A stretch of 34,966 nucleotides of DNA from Aquificaceae bacterium (lineage in GTDB: Bacteria; Aquificota; Aquificia; Aquificales; Aquificaceae). Below the pieces are notes generated by a model that saw nothing but the letters and a program-made list of their open reading frames with translations, had not been told where the DNA came from and ran no database searches. Positions 26,237-34,922 of this stretch are shown here, piece after piece. Position numbers and translations under genes: made by a program. Every line of letters begins with the position of its first letter. The first letter of the stretch is position 1. The stretch lies in assembly GCA_046293375.1 (NCBI GenBank), contig JBKBPE010000002.1, positions 1 to 34,966 on the forward strand, given 5' to 3'.

Positions 26237-27439
26237 CTACGTGGCACCTTTTAGTCTTTCTCTTACAGACACGGAGCTCAACCATGAATAAGTTAAGACT
26301 CCCCATATAAGACAAACAAAAATTGAGGAGATAAGAAGGTAATTAATACCGTGCTTTAGTGAGTATCCACCCCAAATACCACCCAAGAAGGCACCAAAGA
26401 ACTGATTGCTGTTGAAAAAGCCAAGAGATAGCCCTCTTATGTCTTTGTGAGTGAGCTTTGTAAGCAGAGATGGTATTATAGGTTCTAAGAAGTTAAAACC
26501 TATAAAAAAGAGGAAGATGAGCGTTACACCACCCCAAAGACCCTTTATAATGTCATGTAGAAGGAAGCCCATAAGTATAAAAAGGATGCCAAGAAGCATG
26601 ACCTCTTTGAATTTTCCCCTTTTTTCTGCAACTATTGTGGACGGAACCATGAACACCAAAGATACAACTACAGCAGGTAGATACACCTTCCAGTGTTCTA
26701 CCTTAGGAAAGCCATAACTGTAAACGAACTCGTAAGGAAGGACAGTAAATATAGAAACAAGAAATGCATGAAGTATAGCTATTGAAAAGTTTAGCATCAG
26801 TTGGTTTCTGTCGGTTAAAATCATGGAAAAGTTCTTTATGGACGGCTTTATTTCTCTATCTGATGCATGAACCTTTGGTTCTGGTATGAAGAAAGCCAAG
26901 TATAAAGTTGCAACAAGGCTAAGAAAAGCTGTAAGGAAAAACAGGAAGGAAACTCCCATACGTCCGGCAATAGCTGGGGCAAGTGTGATGCTCAGAGCAA
27001 AAACAAGCCCTATGGAAGCACCTATATGAGCAAAGGCACGCGTTCTTACCTCTTCCCTTGTAATGTCTGCAGCCAAAGCTATCATGGCGGAAGATACAGC
27101 ACCGAATCCCTGAACAAAACGAGCCAATATCATACTCCATATGTTGCTGGCAACACCACCCATCAGACTGCCGATCACGTAAGTGAGCATACCAAAAATA
27201 ATTATTGGTTTTCTTCCATACCTGTCTGAAAGATAACCAAAGGGGATCTGAAGAAAGGCTTGAGCAAAACCGTATATACCTATAGCAAGGCCTATGAGCT
27301 GTGGCGTAGAGGATTGGAGCATTTTAAGATAGGGAGAAAGTACAGGCAGAAGTAGGAACAAGCCAAGCATCCTAACAGCAACGGCAAAGGTTATTCCAAG
27401 CACAGCCTTTATCTCTTCTTTCGTAAACTCTTTAAACAT
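26237..27439 (-). CDS. MFS transporter (YajR-like)
   Basis: 12 hydrophobic segments; RMLGLFLLLPVL, IG.AIGIYG..QA.LQIPFG.LSDRYGRKP, ARFVQG.GA, FN.LE, QF.GAF.GG. Confidence 0.88.
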   Translation of the reverse strand: MFKEFTKEEIKAVLGITFAVAVRMLGLFLLLPVLSPYLKMLQSSTPQLIGLAIGIYGFAQAFLQIPFGYLSDRYGRKPIIIFGMLTYVIGSLMGGVASNIWSMILARFVQGFGAVSSAMIALAADITREEVRTRAFAHIGASIGLVFALSITLAPAIAGRMGVSFLFFLTAFLSLVATLYLAFFIPEPKVHASDREIKPSIKNFSMILTDRNQLMLNFSIAILHAFLVSIFTVLPYEFVYSYGFPKVEHWKVYLPAVVVSLVFMVPSTIVAEKRGKFKEVMLLGILFILMGFLLHDIIKGLWGGVTLIFLFFIGFNFLEPIIPSLLTKLTHKDIRGLSLGFFNSNQFFGAFLGGIWGGYSLKHGINYLLISSIFVCLIWGVLTYSWLSSVSVRERLKGAT

Positions 27440-27448
27440 AGAAACCTC

Positions 27449-28465
27449 CTATCCAAATTGCCTTAAGAATCTAAGGTCATTCTCGTAAAAGAGCTTTATG
27501 TTATCTATTCCAAAGTAAAGCATGGAAAGCCTTTCCACACCCATGCCAAAGGCAAACCCCTGATATGTCTGCGAGTCTATTCCACAGTTTTCTAACACAG
27601 CAGGATGTACCATTCCGCATCCTATCACCTCCAACCACCCAGAACCCTTGCAAACCCTACATCCAAGCCCATTACACATAACACAGCCTATATCCACTTC
27701 AGCGGATGGTTCTGTAAAAGGAAAGTAAGATGCCCTAAACCTAATGGGTAGGTCCCTCTCGAAGAAGGCTTTCAAGAAGGTTTCTATAGTATACTTCATA
27801 TGTTTAAAATTGACATAGTCGTTAACAACAAGTCCTTCAACCTGATGAAACATGGGAGAGTGGGTAGGGTCATCATCCCTCCTATAGACCTTTCCTGCAG
27901 CTATGGCCTGGATTGGAAGCGATTGAGATAGCATGACTCTTATCTGCACTGGGGATGTATGGGTTCTCAGAAGGTACCCCTCTCTGTTAACGTAAAAAGT
28001 ATCCTGCATCTCTCTTGCCGGATGCTCCTTGGGTATGTTCAAAAGGTCAAAGTTGTAACTCTCTAACTCTATCTCTGGACCCTCAGCTACTGAGAAGCCC
28101 ATACTGACAAAGATCTCCTTTGCCCTCCTGAGGGTCTGAGTTATTGGATGAAGAGTTCCCAAGCTGGGCTCCAAAGGTACAGAGAGGTCAACCCATTCTG
28201 CCTTTAAAACCCTTTGATACTCCCCACTCTTCAGCTCCTCTTCCTTGCTTTTGAGCAAACCCTCTACTAGCTCCTTTAGCCGATTGACCTTTATACCGTA
28301 ATCTTTCCTTTCTTCCTGGGGAACATCTTTTATTCCCCTTATGGCAAGGGTTATGACTCCATTCTTCCCAAAATACTTAGCTCTTATCTCTGATAACTCA
28401 CTTATATTCTTAGCTGATGCTACTTCCTTACTAACTTCTTCCTTGACCTTCTGTTCATCTATCAT
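27449..28465 (-). CDS. pheS: Phenylalanine--tRNA ligase alpha subunit
   Basis: [60 protein letters not shown]. Confidence 0.98.
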   Translation of the reverse strand: MIDEQKVKEEVSKEVASAKNISELSEIRAKYFGKNGVITLAIRGIKDVPQEERKDYGIKVNRLKELVEGLLKSKEEELKSGEYQRVLKAEWVDLSVPLEPSLGTLHPITQTLRRAKEIFVSMGFSVAEGPEIELESYNFDLLNIPKEHPAREMQDTFYVNREGYLLRTHTSPVQIRVMLSQSLPIQAIAAGKVYRRDDDPTHSPMFHQVEGLVVNDYVNFKHMKYTIETFLKAFFERDLPIRFRASYFPFTEPSAEVDIGCVMCNGLGCRVCKGSGWLEVIGCGMVHPAVLENCGIDSQTYQGFAFGMGVERLSMLYFGIDNIKLFYENDLRFLRQFG

Positions 28466-28821
28466 AAGGTTTGGGAAAGGGCTGCCTTTGCCTTGCTTAC
28501 CATTTGGGTAAAGCCTTCTGGATCTCTGACAGCCATATCAGCCAAAACTTTTCTGTTAACCTCTATCCCAGCCTTTCTTAAGCCTGCTATAAGCCTACTA
28601 TAAGATATGCCACTCAACCTTGAAGCTGCATTTATCCTTGCAACCCAGAGCCTTCTAAACTCTCTCTTCCTCTGCCTTCTATCCCTGTACTGGTATTGCA
28701 GGGCTCTAAACACGTATTCCTTAGCCCTTCTATATACGTTCTTCCTTTGACCTCTAAAGCCTTTGGCGAGCTTGAGTATCTTCTTTTTAAACTTTCTCGA
28801 AGATGGTCCCTTTACTCTCAT
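28462..28821 (-). CDS. rplT: 50S ribosomal protein L20
   Basis: RVK....[50 protein letters not shown]. Start reassigned to ATG 28821 (GGAGG SD). Confidence 0.97.
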   Translation of the reverse strand: MRVKGPSSRKFKKKILKLAKGFRGQRKNVYRRAKEYVFRALQYQYRDRRQRKREFRRLWVARINAASRLSGISYSRLIAGLRKAGIEVNRKVLADMAVRDPEGFTQMVSKAKAALSQTL

Positions 28822-28861
28822 ACGTACCTCCAACTAAATTATAACATATGTTTAAATAGTA

Positions 28862-29515
28862 ATGAAGGCCTTGATGATAACAGGGACAGATACGAACGTT
28901 GGCAAAACTTTTATAGCATACAATCTGATTTACTCTCTAAAGGAGAAAGGCATAAAGGTTGGGTATCTAAAGCCTATTGAAACTGGTGCTGTTTCACTTC
29001 CTACTGATGGATCCCTTATTGTAAGCATTACAGAGCAAGATATATCAGAAGCTGTTCCAGTGATCTTCTCTCTACCCTTGTCCCCTTACGCTAGTATTTT
29101 AGAGGAAAGAAAAGATTTTTCTTTGTACGAGCTTTACTGGCACTACAGAGATATGTTAAAAAGGTATGACTTTCTTGTTGTTGAAGGGGCTGGTGGTATA
29201 GCAGTACCCGTTAAAAAGAACTATAATTATTCAAAACTTGCAAGGGATTGGAAACTACCAGTCCTTTTGGTCGCTAAGGCTGGGCTTGGAACTATAAATC
29301 ACATCTTTTTATCTTTTTATTACATAAAGAGTATGGGGATTAACATCCTTGGCATAGTGATGAATGGATTCACAGGAGAGGATGTGTCCGAAAGGACAAA
29401 CCCAGCTATAGTAGAAGAGCTTACCCACATAAAGCCTGTGAAAGTCCCAAGGGTAGACTCCTTACTCCTTCCCACTGAGACTAGGAATGCTCTTCTTAAG
29501 CTTGTCGGGTTCTAA
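28862..29515 (+). CDS. bioD: Dethiobiotin synthase
   Basis: ITGTDTNVGKT, KPIETG, VVEGAGG, LGTINH. Confidence 0.95.
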   Translation: MKALMITGTDTNVGKTFIAYNLIYSLKEKGIKVGYLKPIETGAVSLPTDGSLIVSITEQDISEAVPVIFSLPLSPYASILEERKDFSLYELYWHYRDMLKRYDFLVVEGAGGIAVPVKKNYNYSKLARDWKLPVLLVAKAGLGTINHIFLSFYYIKSMGINILGIVMNGFTGEDVSERTNPAIVEELTHIKPVKVPRVDSLLLPTETRNALLKLVGF

Positions 29516-31189
29516 ACGGTAGTAAGCGGCAATCCTTTCCGCAAGTTCCTTAAAGTAAGGTGCAGCTGCTGACCCACCATAAGCAATCCCCTTAGGCTCA
29601 TCTACAGATATGCCTGCCACAAACTTAGGCTGTGTTGCTGGGAAGTAGCCTACAAAATAAGCTACCACCTTCTCCTTTGAGTATTTCCCCATCCTTAGGT
29701 CAAACTTCTGAGACGTGCCCGTCTTTCCTGCTATGGTAAAGTACTCAGAGCGTGCAGCCTTTGCTGTTCCTTTTTCAACTACACCTACAAGGTTTTTGTG
29801 CAGCCAGTTCATCACGCTCGGAGAAAAAAGGCGGGTGTTAAGAACATCCACTTGGGAGTAAGACTTTTTTCCCTCGTTGTCAACAAAGTATAGTACTACT
29901 CGAGGTTTTACAAGCTGTCCGGTTGCAAGGCTTCCAAAGGCAGCACAAAGGTTCAAAAGGTTTGTAGAAAGCCCTTGGCCAATGGCTGAGTATAGTATAT
30001 TTGCAGGATAGTTGTAATCAGGAAGCCTTGGCCTTACTTCTCCAGGTATTATCTTAAAGGCATCATAAAAATGGACCTTCTTCATTATATCTTCAACATC
30101 CTTTTTGGATAGGAATTTGGCTATCTTGACAGTGCCTACGTTTGAAGACTTTATCAAAACTTGGTCAACACTCAGATATCCATAAGGATGTACATCTCTT
30201 ATGAACCTACCATAGACCTCTACCTTACCTCTCCCACAGTCAACTCCATAGTTTTCATTTATATAACCCTTATCCAATGCCTTTCCTATGAAGAAGGGTT
30301 TCATTACGGAACCAGGTTCAAAGAGGTCTGTTATGGCATAGTTCCTTCTAACCCATGGAGGATAACTTTTGTACTCATTGGGATCATAGTAAGGGTATGT
30401 GGTAAGTCCCAGTATGTCTCCGTTTCTGACATCCATAATGATGATGGATACCTTTTTGGGTTTCCAAGTATTGACAACCTTATCCCTTATGTCTTCCAAT
30501 ATTGTTTGAACCCCCAGGTCTATGGTCGTGTAAACATCCTTTGATAAAAAGGTATCTTCTACCGGTTCTAATGCAATCCTCCCCAGGTCTGGAGACAAAA
30601 AGTATTTTACTTTAGTCTTTTCCTCATAGAAAAAAGGATTCAGGAGATATTCAAGCCCTTCAAGTCCCCTACCATCATCACCAACAAAGCCCAAAAGGTT
30701 GCTTGCCAAGTGTCCATTGGGATAAAACCTACTGAAATCTTCTTGGACCCCAACTGCTCTTGTGTTTTGAGTATCCCTTATTACGCTTCTTATATAGGGT
30801 GAAAGCTCTTTGTTTATCCTTTTTGCCAACCATACAAACTTCCTTTCTGTACTTAGTCTTTTGAGTATATCCTGCTCGGATAAGTTCAGAGCTGCGGATA
30901 ACCTTCTTGCTAAGTCTTCCTTGTTTTGAACATATTTTGGAAAAGCAAAGATGGACACTGTTGGTATGCTAATAGCAAGGTCGTTGCCCTTTCTGTCCTT
31001 TATTGAGCCTCTGTAGGTTGGTATTTCTACCAGGGCTAATTTGGGAGACCTTTCTATAATCTTCTGTATATACTCCTCCCTGCCTATGAGTTGAATGTAG
31101 ACCATTTTCAGAAAAACAACAAGAATGCCCAAAAACACAAAGAAGGATACGAGAAGTATCTTACTATTTTCTTTTCTAAACTCTTGCAT
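29462..31189 (-). CDS. ftsI: Class B penicillin-binding protein (FtsI/PBP3-like transpeptidase)
   Basis: N-terminal TM, RGSIKDRKG, R.YP.G, GLEGLE, TID...Q, SxxK (EPGSVMKP), SxN (KSSNV), KTGT. Start reassigned to ATG 31189, overlapping the carA end. Confidence 0.88.
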   Translation of the reverse strand: MQEFRKENSKILLVSFFVFLGILVVFLKMVYIQLIGREEYIQKIIERSPKLALVEIPTYRGSIKDRKGNDLAISIPTVSIFAFPKYVQNKEDLARRLSAALNLSEQDILKRLSTERKFVWLAKRINKELSPYIRSVIRDTQNTRAVGVQEDFSRFYPNGHLASNLLGFVGDDGRGLEGLEYLLNPFFYEEKTKVKYFLSPDLGRIALEPVEDTFLSKDVYTTIDLGVQTILEDIRDKVVNTWKPKKVSIIIMDVRNGDILGLTTYPYYDPNEYKSYPPWVRRNYAITDLFEPGSVMKPFFIGKALDKGYINENYGVDCGRGKVEVYGRFIRDVHPYGYLSVDQVLIKSSNVGTVKIAKFLSKKDVEDIMKKVHFYDAFKIIPGEVRPRLPDYNYPANILYSAIGQGLSTNLLNLCAAFGSLATGQLVKPRVVLYFVDNEGKKSYSQVDVLNTRLFSPSVMNWLHKNLVGVVEKGTAKAARSEYFTIAGKTGTSQKFDLRMGKYSKEKVVAYFVGYFPATQPKFVAGISVDEPKGIAYGGSAAAPYFKELAERIAAYYRLEPDKLKKSIPSLSGKE

Positions 31190-32297
31190 AAGAAAGCTGG
31201 AGAAACTCCTTAAATATGTTCCTTGAGTCATGAGGTCCTGGGGATGCTTCTGGATGATACTGTACACAGTATATGGGAAGGTACTTATGCTTAAAGCCTT
31301 CAAGGGTCTCATCCAGCAAGTTTATATGGGTTATGTCCACATCCTTCAGAGTCTCTGAGTCTACGGCAAAGTTGTGGTTCTGGGCAGTTATCTCTATATG
31401 GCCATCCCTGATATCCTTTACTGGGTGGTTTCCACCATGATGGCCAAACTTGAGCTTGTAAGTCCTTCCTCCAAGGGCCAAACCTATGATCTGGTGCCCT
31501 AAGCATATACCGAATATGGGCTTTTTTTCCATAAATTTTCTGACTAGCTTTATCCCTTGCAGTACTCTTTTGGGGTCTCCTGGACCATTGCTCAGAAGTA
31601 TGGCATCTGGGTCAAGCTCCGTTATTAGCCTTTCTACATCGTAAGGAGGTATGACAACTACTTTAGCACCTTCGCCTACAAGCCTTCTTAGTATGTTATA
31701 CTTGACTCCAAAGTCTACAACTGCAAAAAGGGGTTTCCCATCATCCCTTTTTATATATCCACTTTGTAAATTCCAATCTCCTTCCTTCCACTGGTAAACT
31801 TCCTTAGTGGAAACTTCTTCAACAAGGTCCATCTCTGAGATATCCTTTATACTCGTTGCCATTTTAACCAGATTCTTTGGGTCTTCGCCGCTCGTAGAGA
31901 TAACACCCTTTATAACACCCCTTTCCCTTATCTTTTTTACGATGGCTCTTGTATCCACGCCCCATATACCCAAAACACCACTCTCTCTTAGGTATTCATC
32001 AAGGCTTTTCTTTGCTCTCCAGTTGCTATAAAAAGCAGAAAGCTCCCTTACTACAAGGGAGCTGACCTGGATATTCTTAGATTCTATGTCTTGACTATTT
32101 ACTCCATAGTTTCCTATCTGTGTGTAAGTCATAACTACTATCTGCCCTCTGTAGGATGGGTCTGTGATTATTTCCTGATAACCCGTCATAGACGTGTTAA
32201 AAACAACCTCCCCATAGGCTGTTCCTTCAGCACCGAAGGAATATCCCAAAAAGTAGGTACCATCCTCTAAAGCAAGCACGGCCTTTCTCATACCCAT
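31176..32297 (-). CDS. carA: Carbamoyl-phosphate synthase small subunit
   Basis: LALEDG, GEVVFNTSMTGYQE..TDPSY.GQ, LSNGPGDP, GICLGHQ, FGHHGGNHPV, QNHNF, QYHPEASPGP. The ORF-track start (32339) lies inside the tRNA, so the start is ATG 32297 or 32291. Confidence 0.96.
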   Translation of the reverse strand: MGMRKAVLALEDGTYFLGYSFGAEGTAYGEVVFNTSMTGYQEIITDPSYRGQIVVMTYTQIGNYGVNSQDIESKNIQVSSLVVRELSAFYSNWRAKKSLDEYLRESGVLGIWGVDTRAIVKKIRERGVIKGVISTSGEDPKNLVKMATSIKDISEMDLVEEVSTKEVYQWKEGDWNLQSGYIKRDDGKPLFAVVDFGVKYNILRRLVGEGAKVVVIPPYDVERLITELDPDAILLSNGPGDPKRVLQGIKLVRKFMEKKPIFGICLGHQIIGLALGGRTYKLKFGHHGGNHPVKDIRDGHIEITAQNHNFAVDSETLKDVDITHINLLDETLEGFKHKYLPIYCVQYHPEASPGPHDSRNIFKEFLQLSYARV

Positions 32298-32304
32298 TTC
32301 AGTA

Positions 32305-32394
32305 CGGAGAGGGCGGGATTCGAACCCGCGGTAGGGCATTTAACCCTACAACTCCTTAGCAGGGAGCCGCCTTCGGCCTCTCGGCCACCTCTCC
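32305..32394 (-). tRNA. tRNA-Ser(GCT), long variable arm, CCA not encoded
   Basis: Acceptor stem GGAGAGG/CCTCTCC with discriminator G; D-arm TGGCCGAGAGGCCGAAGGC; anticodon loop CTGCTAA; variable stem GTAGGG/CCCTAC; T-loop GGTTCGAATCC; followed by TAC, not CCA. Confidence 0.96.
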
Positions 32395-32431
32395 TCCTTA
32401 AAAAATTATAATATAACTAAAGGAGGCTAAG

Positions 32432-32962
32432 TTGATAAAAAGGCCTGTAATGCTCATAGACTTGGACAGATGTATAGGGTGTCTGTCCTGTGAAGTTGCA
32501 TGCGTTCAAGAAAAGGGAATTGATACCTTTGGTATCAGGCCCATGAAGGTTCTGAAGATAGAGGGTCTGCTGCAAGAGTCAGAGGCTTTTTTTATACCCA
32601 TGAACTGTTTTCATTGCGAACCTGCCCCATGTATCTTCGCTTGTCCCACATCGGCTATGAGAAAGAGAGAGGATGGGATTGTATACCTTCAAGAGAATCT
32701 ATGTATAGGCTGTAAGGCTTGTATAATAGCATGTCCCTACGGAGCTATAAGCTTTAATCCCAGCACCATGAAGGTAGAAAAGTGTGATTATTGCTATAAA
32801 AGAGTGGATAAGGGGCTTTTGCCCTCCTGCGTTTCTAAGTGCGTGACCAACTGCCTTTACTTTGTTGAGACGGAACAAATCCCGGTGGAAAGGCACATAG
32901 CTAAAAAAATAAGTTCGGAGGTTTATAAAGAGATCTTTGATTGGGATGCGCGTCAAGGTTAG
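32432..32962 (+). CDS. 4Fe-4S multi-cluster electron-transfer protein (DmsB/NrfC/PsrB-like)
   Basis: CIGCLSCEVAC, CFHC..APC...CP, CIGCKACIIACP, KCDYC...PSC...C (16 cluster Cys); TTG start with AAGGAGG SD. Confidence 0.9.
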   Translation: MIKRPVMLIDLDRCIGCLSCEVACVQEKGIDTFGIRPMKVLKIEGLLQESEAFFIPMNCFHCEPAPCIFACPTSAMRKREDGIVYLQENLCIGCKACIIACPYGAISFNPSTMKVEKCDYCYKRVDKGLLPSCVSKCVTNCLYFVETEQIPVERHIAKKISSEVYKEIFDWDARQG

Positions 32963-33248
32963 GATAAGCATCTACGAAGGTGGAAGGAAGATAACCAGAG
33001 AGGACTTAAAGGGTTTAAAGGACCCTCTTTCCATTGGTCTAAGGTACATAGCAGAGTTCAAATATTTGGAGGCCACCAAGTGGCTTATGCTTTCTAAGGA
33101 TTGTTTTGAGAAGTATTACCTTTTGGGCCTTTTAAATGTGTCCTTGGGGCAAGAACATCAAGCTACGATTTTTTTTGATGAGGCAAGGAAACATCCAAAA
33201 ACGACCAACTACAGCTTCCATGTAATGGATAAAGGGGGAGAGCGTTAA
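32946..33248 (+). CDS. Hypothetical protein, possibly with a helical TPR-like C-terminal half
   Basis: ATG 32946 overlaps the Fe-S gene end. G..Y....KY.EA..W and YYLLG......G....A...F..A resemble TPR patterns. Confidence 0.6.
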   Translation: MRVKVRISIYEGGRKITREDLKGLKDPLSIGLRYIAEFKYLEATKWLMLSKDCFEKYYLLGLLNVSLGQEHQATIFFDEARKHPKTTNYSFHVMDKGGER

Positions 33249-33255
33249 GCTATAG

Positions 33256-33269
33256 ATGATTTTAATCAT
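33256..33269. promoter_or_regulatory. Inverted repeat ATGATT-N2-AATCAT, candidate regulator site upstream of arsR
   Basis: ATGATTTTAATCAT is seen directly; its TGAT-N4-ATCA core resembles CRP/FNR-family boxes. Confidence 0.35.
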
Positions 33270-33305
33270 AGGAAAAGTTCTGTATTTCTCTTAGCATGTT
33301 AGATG

Positions 33306-33323
33306 TATAAAAAATTTTTTATA
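33306..33323. promoter_or_regulatory. Perfect 18-bp palindrome TATAAAAAATTTTTTATA, candidate ArsR operator overlapping the -10
   Basis: Lies 2 nt upstream of the arsR ATG. ArsR/SmtB repressors typically autoregulate through inverted repeats at their promoter. Confidence 0.5.
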
Positions 33324-33325
33324 AG

Positions 33326-33622
33326 ATGAAGGACTTGGAGAGATTCTTCTACGCTCTTTCTGATGAGACGAGGCTGAAAATGGTAAGAATACTTATAGAC
33401 TATCCGGAAGTTTGTGTCTGCCAGTTTCAACAAGTATTTAAGACCTATCAGCCAAGGGTCTCCTTCCACTTAAGAATTCTAAGGGAAGCTAACATAATTG
33501 AGGGAGAAAGGAAGGGTAAATGGGTCTATTACCACATAAAGCATTTGCCAGAGTGTATTAAGCAGATGATAAAAACTATACCATTAGAGGGTCTGAATAT
33601 GGCTTGTGAGGTAAAAGATTAA
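33326..33622 (+). CDS. arsR: ArsR/SmtB-family metalloregulator with alpha3 CVC metal/arsenite site
   Basis: F.ALSDETRL.M, EVCVC, QPRVSFHLRILREA.I...RKGKWVYY; coupled to arsB (TAATG). Confidence 0.9.
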   Translation: MKDLERFFYALSDETRLKMVRILIDYPEVCVCQFQQVFKTYQPRVSFHLRILREANIIEGERKGKWVYYHIKHLPECIKQMIKTIPLEGLNMACEVKD

Positions 33623-34920
33623 TGTTGGCGATCTTTATTTTTGTTTTAACTCTATTCTTAGTAATAAAAAGGCCAAAGGGGATAGGAATAGGTTACAGCG
33701 CCACCCTTGGGGCTATCTTGGCCCTTGTCTTTGGTGTTGTGTCCCTTGAAGATGTAAAAAGGGTTGTGGAGATCGTATGGGACCCAACAATCGCCTTTGT
33801 GGGCATAATCTTTATATCCATCATCCTTGACAAGATTGGGTTCTTTGAGTGGGCGGCCCTTCATATGATGCACTTTGCAAAAGGTGATGGTAGAAAGCTT
33901 TTTCTGTATATAGTACTCCTTGGAGCTCTTATTTCTGCCTTCTTTGCCAATGATGGTACAGCCCTTATACTTACCCCCATAATATATCAGAAGATAAAGT
34001 ATTTAGGACTAAAAAAGAGAGACATGCTGCCCTATATAATGGCCGCTGGGTTCGTTGCAGATACAACAAGCCTTCCTCTGGTCATATCAAACTTGGTTAA
34101 CATCCTGACGGCAGATTTTTTCAACATAGGCTTTTTTGAGTATGCTTTTAGAATGACCTTCGTAAACCTTTTCTCTCTGTTTGCCACCCTTTGTGCGCTT
34201 TTCCTATTTTTCAGAAGAGACATGATGAAAACCTATGACGTAGAGGCTATAGAGGACAAGCCACCAAAGCTTGCCATAAGGGACCCCTTTGTATTTAAAG
34301 CTGTCTGGATAGTTGCCCTTTTGATGCTCTTTGGTTTTTTCATAAGTGAGGTTGTCTATCACATACCTGCATCTTTTATAATAGCCTCTACTGGTGCTGT
34401 GCTCTTTTTGGCTTCCTTGAGGTATAGAGTTTTCAGCGTGCAGAGGTTGGTTGTGAGAGAGACACCTTGGAATATTGTAGTCTTTTCCATTGGTATGTAC
34501 ATAGTTGTCTACAGCCTTAGAAACGTAGGACTAACTTACCAGCTTTCGAGACTTTTAGAGCTTGCTGCCAGTGAAGGCAAGTTGGTTGGAGTGTTCACCA
34601 CTGGCTTTCTTGCTGCCTTCTTATCCTCTGTGATGAACAACATGCCTTCTGTTATGATAGTGAACCTTTCCATAGATGAGACAAACCTCGTCGTGGAAAT
34701 GAGGAAAACCCTTGGCTATGCTAACGTGGTAGGTTGTGACCTTGGACCCAAGATAACACCCATAGGCTCTTTGGCAACGCTTCTTTGGCTTTATGTTCTT
34801 GAGTACAAAGGAATAAAGATAAGCTGGGGCTATTACTTTAAAACCGGTATAATACTAACCTTGCCCATCTTAGCTTTTACGTTGTTAGGTTTATATTTGG
34901 TAGTTAAGCTTTTCAGTTGA
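33622..34920 (+). CDS. arsB: Arsenite efflux pump membrane protein ArsB
   Basis: P.G.GIG.SA..GA, GFFEWAAL, FANDG.ALILTPI, GF.ADT.SLPLVISNLVNI, FSIGMY.VVY.L.N.G, SSVMNNMP, ANVVGCDLGPKITPIGSLATLLWL. Confidence 0.95.
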   Translation: MLAIFIFVLTLFLVIKRPKGIGIGYSATLGAILALVFGVVSLEDVKRVVEIVWDPTIAFVGIIFISIILDKIGFFEWAALHMMHFAKGDGRKLFLYIVLLGALISAFFANDGTALILTPIIYQKIKYLGLKKRDMLPYIMAAGFVADTTSLPLVISNLVNILTADFFNIGFFEYAFRMTFVNLFSLFATLCALFLFFRRDMMKTYDVEAIEDKPPKLAIRDPFVFKAVWIVALLMLFGFFISEVVYHIPASFIIASTGAVLFLASLRYRVFSVQRLVVRETPWNIVVFSIGMYIVVYSLRNVGLTYQLSRLLELAASEGKLVGVFTTGFLAAFLSSVMNNMPSVMIVNLSIDETNLVVEMRKTLGYANVVGCDLGPKITPIGSLATLLWLYVLEYKGIKISWGYYFKTGIILTLPILAFTLLGLYLVVKLFS

Positions 34921-34922
34921 GG

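Noticed and set aside
32298-32339. ORF-track N-terminal extension of carA (MPYRGFESRPLRTE)
   Set aside because: It lies within the tRNA-Ser T-arm and acceptor stem. Similar over-extensions were trimmed for nusB, panC, ftsI and rplT.
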